Below, piece by piece: positions 1 through 13,009 of a stretch of 64,000 nucleotides of DNA (within the stretch, counting starts at the first letter, position 1; every line of letters starts with the position of its first letter). A program made the position numbers and the translations under genes. Origin of the DNA: the human T2T-CHM13v2.0 reference genome, Homo sapiens; assembly GCF_009914755.1 (NCBI RefSeq), contig NC_060925.1, one strand, 5' to 3'. The notes beneath the pieces are model-generated. The model was given only the letters and a program-made list of their open reading frames with translations, searched no databases and was not told where the DNA came from.

Positions 1-610
1 CGAATGGACTCGAATGGAATAATCATTGAACGGAATCGAATGGAATCATCATCGGATGGAAATGAATGGAATCATCATCGAATGGAATCGAATAGAATTA
101 TGGAATGAAATCCAGTGTGATCATCATCGAATGGACCCGAATGGAATCATCATCCAACGGAAGCTAATGGAATCAACATCGAATGAATCGAATGGAAACA
201 CCATCGAATTGAAACGAATGGAATTATCATGAAATTGAAATGGATGGACTCATCATCGAATGGATTCGAATGGAATCATCGAATAAAATTGATTGAAATC
301 ATCATCGAATGGAATCGAATGGTATCATTGAATGGAATCGAATGGAATCATCATCAGATGGAAATGAATGGAATCGTCATAGAATGGAATCGAATGGATT
401 CATTGAATGGAATCAGATGGAATCATCGAATGGACTGGAATGGAATCATTGAATGGACTCGAAAGGGATCATTATTGAATGGAATTGAATGGAATCATCG
501 AATGGTCTCGATTGGAATCATTACCAAATGGAATCGAATGGAATCACCGAATAGAATCGAATGGAACAATCATCGAATGGACTCAAATGGAATTATCCTC
601 AAATGGAATC

Positions 611-656
611 GAATGGAATTATCGAATGCAATCGAATGGAATTATCGAATGCAATC
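611..656 (+). repeat. 23-bp sub-repeat GAATGGAATTATCGAATGCAATC, two tandem copies in canonical units
   Basis: Read directly at 611-633 and 634-656. Three copies occur at 5461-5529, 17445-17513 and 24074-24142. Confidence 0.9.
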
Positions 657-862
657 GAATAGAATCATCGAAAGGACTCGAATGGAATCATCGAATGGAA
701 TGGAATGGAACAGTCAATGAACTCGAATGGAATCATCATTGAATGGAATCATCGAGTGGAATCGAATGGAATTATGATCAAATGGAATCGAATGTAATCA
801 TCATCAAATGGAATCAAAAATAACCATCATCAATTGGTATTGAATGGAATTGTCATCAAATG

Positions 863-2638
863 GAATTCAAAGGAATCATCATCAAATGGAACCGAATGGA
901 ATCCTCATTGAATGGAAATGAAAGGGGTCATCATCTAATGGAATCGCATGGAATCATCATCAAATGGAATCGAATGGAATCATCATCAAATGGAATCTAA
1001 TGGAATCATTGAACAGAATTGAATGGAATCGTCATCGAATGAATTGAATGCAATCATCGAATGGTCTCGAATGGAATCATCTTCTAATGGAAAGGAATGG
1101 AATCATCGCATAGAATCGAATGGAATTATCATCGAATGGAATCGAATGGTATCAACACCAAACGGAAAAAAACGGAATTATCGAATGGAATCGAAGAGAA
1201 TCTTCGAACGGACCCGAATGGAATCATCTAATGGAATGGAATGGAATAATCCATGGACTCGAATGCAATCATCATCGAATGGAATGGAATGGAATCATCG
1301 AATGGACTCAAATGGAATAATCATTGAACGGAATCGAATGGAATCATCATCGGATGGAAACGAATGGAATCATCATCGAATGGAAATGAAAGGAGTCATC
1401 ATCTAATGGAATTGCATGGAATCATCATAAAATGGAATCGAATGGAATCAACATCAAATGGAATCAAATGGAATCATTGAACGGAATTGAATGGAATCGT
1501 CATCGAATGAATTGACTGCAATCATCGAATGTTCTCGAATGGAATCATCTTCAAATGGAATGGAATGGAATCATCGCATAGAATCGAATGGAATTATCAT
1601 CGAATGGAATCGAATGGAATCAACATCAAACGGAGAAAAACGCAATTATCGAATGGAATCGAAGAGAATCATCGAATGGACCCGAATGGAATCATCTAAT
1701 GGAATGGAATGGAATAATCCATGGACTCGAATGCAATCATCATCGAATGGAATCGAATGGAATCATCGAATGGACTCGAATGGAATAATCATTGAACGGA
1801 ATCGAATGGAATCATCATCGGATGGAAATGAATGGAATCATCATCGAATGGAATCGAATAGAATTATGGAATGAAATCCAGTGTGATCATCATCGAATGG
1901 ACCCGAATGGAATCATCATCCAACGGAAGCTAATGGAATCAACATCGAATGAATCGAATGGAAACACCATCGAATTGAAACGAATGGAATTATCATGAAA
2001 TTGAAATGGATGGACTCATCATCGAATGGATTCGAATGGAATCATCGAATAAAATTGATTGAAATCATCATCCAATGGAATCGAATGGTATCATTGAATG
2101 GAATCGAATGGAATCATCATCAGATGGAAATGAATGGAATCGTCATAGAATGGAATCGAATGGATTCATTGAATGGAATCAGATGGAATCATCGAATGGA
2201 CTGGAATGGAATCATTGAATGGACTCGAAAGGGATCATGATTGAATGGAATTGAATGGAATCATCGAATGGTCTCGATTGGAATCATTATCAAATGGAAT
2301 CGAATGGAATCACCGAATAGAATCGAATGGAACAATCATCGAATGGACTCAAATGGAATTATCCTCAAATGGAATCGAATGGAATTATCGAATGCAATCG
2401 AATGGAATTATCGAATGCAATCGAATAGAATCATCGAAAGGACTCGAATGGAATCATCGAATGGAATGGAATGGAACAGTCAATGAACTCGAATGGAATC
2501 ATCATTGAATGGAATCGAATGGAATCATCGAGTGGAATCGAATGGAATTATGATCAAATGGAATCGAATGTAATCATCATCAAATGGAATCAAAAATAAC
2601 CATCATCAATTGGTATTGAATGGAATTGTCATCAAATG
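863..2638 (+). repeat. Representative canonical 1776-bp unit (EcoRI site to EcoRI site)
   Basis: GAATTC at 863-868 recurs at 2639-2644. Once-per-unit landmarks include TCCAGTGTGA, CGGAAGCTAA, AACAGTCAAT and AAAAATAACC. Confidence 0.95.
910..1845 (+). repeat. Internal 468-bp direct duplication (copies A ~910-1377 and B ~1378-1845) present in each canonical unit
   Basis: ORFs at 1023 and 1491 are near-identical and 468 bp apart. Diagnostic A/B differences: AAGGGGTC/AAGGAGTC, GAACAGAA/GAACGGAA, TGAATGCA/TGACTGCA, ACACCAAA/ACATCAAA, TCTTCGAAC/TCATCGAAT. Confidence 0.93.
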
Positions 2639-4574
2639 GAATTCAAAGGAATCATCATCAAATGGAACCGAATGGAATCCTCATTGAATGGAAATGAAAG
2701 GGGTCATCATCTAATGGAATCGCATGGAATCATCATCAAATGGAATCGAATGGAATCATCATCAAATGGAATCTAATGGAATCATTGAACAGAATTGAAT
2801 GGAATCGTCATCGAATGAATTGAATGCAATCATCGAATGGTCTCGAATGGAATCATCTTCTAATGGAAAGGAATGGAATCATCGCATAGAATCGAATGGA
2901 ATTATCATCGAATGGAATCGAATGGTATCAACACCAAACGGAAAAAAACGGAATTATCGAATGGAATCGAAGAGAATCTTCGAACGGACCCGAATGGAAT
3001 CATCTAATGGAATGGAATGGAATAATCCATGGACTCGAATGCAATCATCATCGAATGGAATGGAATGGAATCATCGAATGGACTCGAATGGAATAATCAT
3101 TGAACGGAATCGAATGGAATCATCATCGGATGGAAACGAATGGAATCATCATCGAATGGAAATGAAAGGAGTCATCATCTAATGGAATTGCATGGAATCA
3201 TCATAAAATGGAATCGAATGGAATCAACATCAAATGGAATCAAATGGAATCATTGAACGGAATTGAATGGAATCGTCATCGAATGAATTGACTGCAATCA
3301 TCGAATGTTCTCGAATGGAATCATCTTCAAATGGAATGGAATGGAATCATCGCATAGAATCGAATGGAATTATCATCGAATGGAATCGAATGGAATCAAC
3401 ATCAAACGGAAAAAAACGGAATTATCGTATGGAATCGAAGAGAATCATCGAATGGACCCGAATGGAATCATCTAATGGAATGGAATGGAATAATCCATGG
3501 ACTCGAATGCAATCATCATCGAATGAAATCGAATGGAATCATCGAATGGACTCGAATGGAATAATCATTGAACGGAATCGAATGGAATCATCATCGGATG
3601 GAAATGAATGGAATCATCATCGAATGGAATCGAATAGAATTATGGAATGAAATCCAGTGTGATCATCATCGAATGGACCCGAATGGAATCATCATCCAAC
3701 GGAAGCTAATGGAATCAACATCGAATGAATCAAATGGAAACACCATCGAATTGAAACGAATGGAATTATCATGAAATTGAAATGGATGGACTCATCATCG
3801 AATGGATTCGAATGGAATCATCGAATAAAATTGATTGAAATCATCATCGAATGGAATCGAATGGTATCATTGAATGGAATCGAATGGAATCATCATCAGA
3901 TGGAAATGAATGGAATCGTCATAGAATGGAATCGAATGGATTCATTGAATGGAATCAGATGGAATCATCGAATGGACTGGAATGGAATCATTGAATGGAC
4001 TCGAAAGGGATCATGATTGAATGGAATTGAATGGAATCATGGAATGGTCTCGATTGGAATCATTATCAAATGGAATCGAATGGAATCACCGAATAGAATC
4101 GAATGGAACAATCATCGAATGGACTCAAATGGAATTATCCTCAAATGGAATCGAATGGAATTATCGAATGCAATCGAATGGAATTATCGAATGCAATCGA
4201 ATAGAATCATCGAAAGGACTCGAATGGAATCATCGAATGGAATGGAATGGAACAGTCAATGAACTCGAATGGAATCATCATTGAATGGAATCGAATGGAA
4301 TCATCGAGTGGAATCGAATGGAATTATGATCAAATGGAATCGAATGTAATCATCATCAAATGGAATCAAAAATAACCATCATCAATTGGTATTGAATGGA
4401 ATTGTCATCAAATGGAATTCAAAGGAATCATCATCAAATGGAACCGAATGGAATCCTCATTGAATGGAAATGAAAGGGGTCATCATCTAATGGAAACGCA
4501 TGGAATCATCATCAAATGGAATCGAATGGAATCATCATCAAATGGAATCTAATGGAATCATTGAACAGAATTGA

Positions 4575-5905
4575 ATGGAATCGTCATCGAATGAATTGAA
4601 TGCAATCATCGAATGGTCTCGAATGGAATCATCTTCTAATGGAAAGGAATGGAATCATCGCATAGAATCGAATGGAATTATAATCGAATGGAATCGAATG
4701 GTATCAACACCAAACGGAAAAAAACGGAATTATCGAATGGAATCGAAGAGAATCTTCGAACGGACCCGAATGGAATCATCTAATGGAATGGAATGGAATA
4801 ATCCATGGACTCGAATGCAATCACCATCGAATGGAATCGAATGGAATCATCGAATGGACTCGAATGGAATAATCATTGAACGGAATCGAATGGAATCATC
4901 ATCGGATGGAAATGAATGGAATCATCATCGAATGGAATCGAATAGAATTATGGAATGAAATCCAGTGTGATCATCATCGAATGGACCCGAATGGAATCAT
5001 CATCCAACGGAAGCTAATGGAATCAACATCGAATGAATCGAATGGAAACACCATCGAATTGAAACGAATGGAATTATCATGAAATTGAAATGGATGGACT
5101 CATCATCGAATGGATTCGAATGGAATCATCGAATAAAATTGATTGAAATCATCATCAAATGGAATCGAATGGTATCATTGAATGGAATCGAATGGAATCA
5201 TCATCAGATGGAAATGAATGGAATCGTCATAGAATGGAATCGAATGGATTCATTGAATGGAATCAGATGGAATCATCGAATGGACTGGAATGGAATCATT
5301 GAATGGACTCGAGAGGCATCATTATTGAATGGAATTGAATGGAATCATCGAATGGTCTCGATTGGAATCATTACCAAATGGAATCGAATGGAATCACCGA
5401 ATAGAATCGAATGGAACAATCATCGCATGGACTCAAATGGAATTATCCTCCAATGGAATCGAATGGAATTATCGAATGCAATCGAATGGAATTATCGAAT
5501 GCAATCGAATGGAATTATCGAATGCAATCGAATAGAATCATCGAATGGACTCGAATGGAATCATCGAATGGAATGGAATGGAACAGTCAATGAACTCGAA
5601 TGGAATCATCATTGAATGGAATCGAATGGAATCATCGAGTGGAATCGAATGGAATTATGATCAAATGGAATCTAATGGAATCATCATCAAATGGAATCAA
5701 AAATAACCATCATCAATTGGTATTGAATGGAATTGTCATCAAATGGAATTCAAAGGAATCATCATCAAATGGAACCGAATGGAATCCTCATTGAATGGAA
5801 ATGAAAGGGGTCATCATCTAATGGAATCGCATGGAATCATCATCAAATGGAATCGAATGGAATCATCATCAAATGGAATCTAATGGAATCATTGAACAGA
5901 ATTGA
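4575..5905 (+). repeat. Variant 1331-bp unit (-468 A/B collapse, +23 sub-repeat)
   Basis: Landmark spacing 4575 to 5906 is 1331 = 1776-468+23. It has a single hybrid A/B copy and three 23-mers at 5461-5529. Confidence 0.92.
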
Positions 5906-8900
5906 ATGGAATCATCATCGAATGAATTGAATGCAATCATCGAATGGTCTCGAATGGAATCATCTTCTAATGGAAAGCAATGGAATCATCGCATAGAATC
6001 GAATGGAATTATCATCGAATGGAATCGAATGGTATCAACACCAAACGGAAAAAAACGGAATTATCGAATGGAATCGAAGAGAATCTTCGAACGGACCCGA
6101 ATGGAATCATCTAATGGAATGGAATGGAATAATCCATGGACTCGAATGCAATCATCATCGAATGGAATCGAATGGAGTCATCGAATGGACTCGAATGGAA
6201 TAATCATTGAACGGAATCGAATGGAATCATCATCGGATGGAAACGAATGGAATCATCATCGAATGGAAATGAAAGGAGTCATCATCTAATGGAATTGCAT
6301 GGAATCATCATAAAATGGAATCGAATGGAATCAACATCAAATGGAATCAAATGGAATCATTGAACGGAATTGAATGGAATCGTCATCGAATGAATTGACT
6401 GCAATCATCGAATGGTCTCGAATGGAATCATCTTCAAATGGAATGGAATGGAATCATCGAATAGAATCGAATGGAATTATCATCGAATGGAATCGAATGG
6501 AATCAACATCAAACGGAAAAAAACAGAATTATCGTATGGAATCTAAGAGAATCATCGAATGGACCCGAATGGAATCATCTAATGGAATGGAATGGAATAA
6601 TCCATGGACTCGAATGCAATCATCATCGAATGGAATCGAATGGAATCATCGAATGGACTCGAATGGAATAATCATTGAACGGAATCGAATGGAATCATCA
6701 TCGGATGGAAATGAATGGAATCATCATCGAATGGAATCGAATAGAATTATGGAATGAAATCCAGTGTGATCATCATCGAATGGACCCGAATGGAATCATC
6801 ATCCAACGGAAGCTAATGGAATCAACATCGAATGAATCGAATGGAAACACCATCGAATTGAAACGAATGGAATTATCATGAAATTGAAATGGATGGACAC
6901 ATCATCGAATGGATTCGAATGGAATCATCGAATAAAATTGATTGAAATCATCATCAAATGGAATCGAATGGTATCATTGAATGGAATCGAATGGAATCAT
7001 CATCAGATGGAAATGAATGGAATCGTCATAGAATGGAATCGAATGGATTCATTGAATGGAATCAGATGGAATCATCGAATGGACTGGAATGGAATCATTG
7101 AATGGACTCGAAAGGGATCATTATTGAATGGAATTGAATGGAATCATCGAATGGTCTCGATTGGAATCATTATCAAATGGAATCGAATGGAATCACCGAA
7201 TAGAATCGAATGGAACAATCATCGAATGGACTCAAATGGAATTATCCTCAAATGGAATCGAATGGAATTATCGAATGCAATCGAATGGAATTATCGAATG
7301 CAATCGAATAGAATCATCGAATGGACTCGAATGGAATCATCGAATGGAATGGAATGGAACAGTCAATGAACTCGAATGGAATCATCATTGAATGGAATCG
7401 AATGGAATCATCGAGTGGAATCGAATGGAATTATGATCAAATGGAATCGAATGTAATCATCATCAAATGGAATCAAAAATAACCATCATCAATTGGTATT
7501 GAATGGAATTGTCATCAAATGGAATTCAAAGGAATCATCATCAAATGGAACCGAATGGAATCCTCATTGAATGGAAATGAAAGGGGTCATCATCTAATGG
7601 AATCGCATGGAATCATCATCAAATGGAATCGAATGGAATCATCATCAAATGGAATCTAATGGAATCATTGAACAGAATTGAATGGAATCGTCATCGAATG
7701 AATTGAATGCAATCATCGAATGGTCTCGAATGGAATCATCTTCTAATGGAAAGGAATGGAATCATCGCATAGAATCGAATGGAATTATCATCGAATGGAA
7801 TCGAATGGTATCAACACCAAACGGAAAAAAACGGAATTATCGAATGGAATCGAAGAGAATCTTCGAACGGACCCGAATGGAATCATCTAATGGAATGGAA
7901 TGGAATAATCCATGGACTCGAATGCAATCATCATCGAATGGAATCGAATGGAATCATCGAATGGACTCGAATGGAATAATCATTGAACGGAATCGAATGG
8001 AATCATCATCGGATGGAAATGAATGGAATCATCATCGAAGGGAAATGAAAGGAGTCATCATCTAATGGAATTGCATGGAATCATCATAAAATGGAATCGA
8101 ATGGAATCAACATCAAATGGAATCAAATGGAATCATTGAACGGAATTGAATGGAATCGTCATCGAATGAATTGACTGCAATCATCGAATGGTCTCGAATG
8201 GAATCATCTTCAAATGGAATGGAATGGAATCATCGCATAGAATCGAATGGAATTATCATCGAATGGAATCGAATGGAATCAACATCAAACGGAAAAAAAC
8301 GGAATTATCGAATGGAATCGAAGAGAATCATCGAATGGACCCGAATGGAATCATCTAATGGAATGGAATGGAATAATCCATGGACTCGAATGCAATCATC
8401 ATCGAATGGAATCGAATGGAATCATCGAATGGACTCGAATGGAATAATCATTGAACGGAATCGAATGGAATCATCATCGGATGGAAATGAATGGAATCAT
8501 CATCGAATGGAATCGAATAGAATTATGGAATGAAATCCAGTGTGATCATCATCGAATGGACCCGAATGGAATCATCATCCAACGGAAGCTAATGGAATCA
8601 ACATCGAATGAATCGAATGGAAACACCATCGAATTGAAACGAATGGAATTATCATGAAATTGAAATGGATGGACTCATCATCGAATGGATTCGAATGGAA
8701 TCATCGAATAAAATTGATTGAAATCATCATCGAATGGAATCGAATGGTATCATTGAATGGAATCGAATGGAATCATCATCAGATGGAAATGAATGGAATC
8801 GTCATAGAATGGAATCGAATGGATTCATTGAATGGAATCAGATGGAATCATCGAATGGACTGGAATGGAATCATTGAATGGACTCGAAAGGGATCATTAT

Positions 8901-11900
8901 TGAATGGAATTGAATGGAATCATCGAATGGTCTCGATTGGAATCATTACCAAATGGAATCGAATGGAATCACCGAATAGAATCGAATGGAACAATCATCG
9001 AATGGACTCAAATGGAATTATCCTCAAATGGAATCGAATGGAATTATCGAATGCAATCGAATGGAATTATCGAATGCAATCGAATAGAATCATCGAAAGG
9101 ACTCGAATGGAATCATCGAATGGAATGGAATGGAACAGTCAATGAACTCGAATGGAATCATCATTGAATGGAATCGAATGGAATCATCGAGTGGAATCGA
9201 ATGGAATTATGATCAAATGGAATCGAATGTAATCATCATCAAATGGAATCAAAAATAACCATCATCAATTGGTATTGAATGGAATTGTCATCAAATGGAA
9301 TTCAAAGGAATCATCATCAAATGGAACCGAATGGAATCCTCATTGAATGGAAATGAAAGGGGTCATCATCTAATGGAATCGCATGGAATCATCATCAAAT
9401 GGAATCGAATGGAATCATCATCAAATGGAATCTAATGGAATCATTGAACAGAATTGAATGGAATCGTCATCGAATGAATTGAATGCAATCATCGAATGGT
9501 CTCGAATGGAATCATCTTCTAATGGAAAGGAATGGAATCATCGCATAGAATCGAATGGAATTATCATCGAATGGAATCGAATGGTATCAACACCAAACGG
9601 AAAAAAACGGAATTATCGAATGGAATCGAAGAGAATCTTCGAACGGACCCGAATGGAATCATCTAATGGAATGGAATGGAATAATCCATGGACTCGAATG
9701 CAATCATCATCGAATGGAATCGAATGGAGTCATCGAATGGACTCGAATGGAATAATCATTGAACGGAATCGAATGGAATCATCATCGGATGGAAACGAAT
9801 GGAATCATCATCGAATGGAAATGAAAGGAGTCATCATCTAATGGAATTGCATGGAATCATCATAAAATGGAATCGAATGGAATCAACATCAAATGGAATC
9901 AAATGGAATCATTGAACGGAATTGAATGGAATCGTCATCGAATGAATTGACTGCAATCATCGAATGGTCTCGAATGGAATCATCTTCAAATGGAATGGAA
10001 TGGAATCATCGCATAGAATCGAATGGAATTATCATCGAATGGAATCGAATGGAATCAACATCAAACGGAAAAAAACAGAATTATCGTATGGAATCTAAGA
10101 GAATCATCGAATGGACCCGAATGGAATCATCTAATGGAATGGAATGGAATAATCCATGGACTCGAATGCAATCATCATCGAATGGAATCGAATGGAATCA
10201 TCGAATGGACTCGAATGGAATAATCATTGAACGGAATCGAATGGAATCATCATCGGATGGAAATGAATGGAATCATCATCGAATGGAATCGAATAGAATT
10301 ATGGAATGAAATCCAGTGTGATCATCATCGAATGGACCCGAATGGAATCATCATCCAACGGAAGCTAATGGAATCAACATCGAATGAATCGAATGGAAAC
10401 ACCATCGAATTGAAACGAATGGAATTATCATGAAATTGAAATGGATGGACACATCATCGAATGAATTCGAATGGAATCATCGAATAAAATTGATTGAAAT
10501 CATCATCAAATGGAATCGAATGGTATCATTGAATGGAATCGAATGGAATCATCATCAGATGGAAATGAATGGAATCGTCATAGAATGGAATCGAATGGAT
10601 TCATTGAATGGAATCAGATGGAATCATCGAATGGACTGGAAAGAAATCATTGAATGGACTCGAAAGGGATCATTATTGAATGGAATTGAATGGAATCATC
10701 GAATGGTCTCGATTGGAATCATTATCAAATGGAATCGAATGGAATCACCGAATAGAATCGAATGGAACAATCATCGAATGGACTCAAATGGAATTATCCT
10801 CAAATGGAATCGAATGGAATTATCGAATGCAATCGAATGGAATTATCGAATGCAATCGAATAGAATCATCGAATGGACTCGAATGGAATCATCGAATGGA
10901 ATGGAATGGAACAGTCAATGAACTCGAATGGAATCATCATTGAATGGAATCGAATGGAATCATCGAGTGGAATCGAATGGAATTATGATCAAATGGAATC
11001 GAATGTAATCATCATCAAATGGAATCAAAAATAACCATCATCAATTGGTATTGAATGGAATTGTCATCAAATGGAATTCAAAGGAATCATCATCAAATGG
11101 AACCGAATGGAATCCTCATTGAATGGAAATGAAAGGGGTCATCATCTAATGGAATCGCATGGAATCATCATCAAATGGAATCGAATGGAATCATCATCAA
11201 ATGGAATCTAATGGAATCATTGAACAGAATTGAATGGAATCGTCATCGAATGAATTGAATGCAATCATCGAATGGTCTCGAATGGAATCATCTTCTAATG
11301 GAAAGGAATGGAATCATCGCATAGAATCGAATGGAATTATCATCGAATGGAATCGAATGGTATCAACACCAAACGGAAAAAAACGGAATTATCGAATGGA
11401 ATCGAAGAGAATCTTCGAACGGACCCGAATGGAATCATCTAATGGAATGGAATGGAATAATCCATGGACTCGAATGCAATCATCATCGAATGGAATCGAA
11501 TGGAATCATCGAATGGACTCGAATGGAATAATCATTGAACGGAATCGAATGGAATCATCATCGGATGGAAATGAATGGAATCATCATCGAAGGGAAATGA
11601 AAGGAGTCATCATCTAATGGAATTGCATGGAATCATCATAAAATGGAATCGAATGGAATCAACATCAAATGGAATCAAATGGAATCATTGAACGGAATTG
11701 AATGGAATCGTCATCGAATGAATTGACTGCAATCATCGAATGGTCTCGAATGGAATCATCTTCAAATGGAATGGAATGGAATCATCGCATAGAATCGAAT
11801 GGAATTATCATCGAATGGAATCGAATGGAATCAACATCAAACGGAAAAAAACGGAATTATCGAATGGAATCGAAGAGAATCATCGAATGGACCCGAATGG

Positions 11901-13009
11901 AATCATCTAATGGAATGGAATGGAATAATCCATGGACTCGAATGCAATCATCATCGAATGGAATCGAATGGAATCATCGAATGGACTCGAATGGAATAAT
12001 CATTGAACGGAATCGAATGGAATCATCATCGGATGGAAATGAATGGAATCATCATCGAATGGAATCGAATAGAATTATGGAATGAAATCCAGTGTGATCA
12101 TCATCGAATGGACCCGAATGGAATCATCATCCAACGGAAGCTAATGGAATCAACATCGAATGAATCGAATGGAAACACCATCGAATTGAAACGAATGGAA
12201 TTATCATGAAATTGAAATGGATGGACTCATCATCGAATGGATTCGAATGGAATCATCGAATAAAATTGATTGAAATCATCATCGAATGGAATCGAATGGT
12301 ATCATTGAATGGAATCGAATGGAATCATCATCAGATGGAAATGAATGGAATCGTCATAGAATGGAATCGAATGGATTCATTGAATGGAATCAGATGGAAT
12401 CATCGAATGGACTGGAATGGAATCATTGAATGGACTCGAAAGGGATCATTATTGAATGGAATTGAATGGAATCATCGAATGGTCTCGATTGGAATCATTA
12501 CCAAATGGAATCGAATGGAATCACCGAATAGAATCGAATGGAACAATCATCGAATGGACTCAAATGGAATTATCCTCAAATGGAATCGAATGGAATTATC
12601 GAATGCAATCGAATGGAATTATCGAATGCAATCGAATAGAATCATCGAATGGACTCGAATGGAATCATCGAATGGAATGGAATGGAACAGTCAATGAACT
12701 CGAATGGAATCATCATTGAATGGAATCGAATGGAATCATCGAGTGGAATCGAATGGAATTATGATCAAATGGAATCGAATGTAATCATCATCAAATGGAA
12801 TCAAAAATAACCATCATCAATTGGTATTGAATGGAATTGTCATCAAATGGAATTCAAAGGAATCATCATCAAATGGAACCGAATGGAATCCTCATTGAAT
12901 GGAAATGAAAAGGGTCATCATCTAATGGAATCGCATGGAATCATCATCAAATGGAATCGAATGGAATCATCATCAAATGGAATCTAATGGAATCATTGAA
13001 CAGAATTGA
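5906..13009 (+). repeat. Tandem duplication of a two-unit (3552-bp) block
   Basis: Variants recur at +3552: GGAGTCATCG (ORFs 5906/9458), CAGAATTATCGTATGGAATCTAAG (6374/9926), GGACAC (6878/10430), CGAAGGGAAA (7682/11234), ATTACC (8654/12206). Confidence 0.85.

Noticed and set aside
283-288. AATAAA once per unit as a polyadenylation signal
   Set aside because: A hexamer in A-rich satellite without a clear downstream GU/U-rich element cannot be supported as functional from sequence alone.
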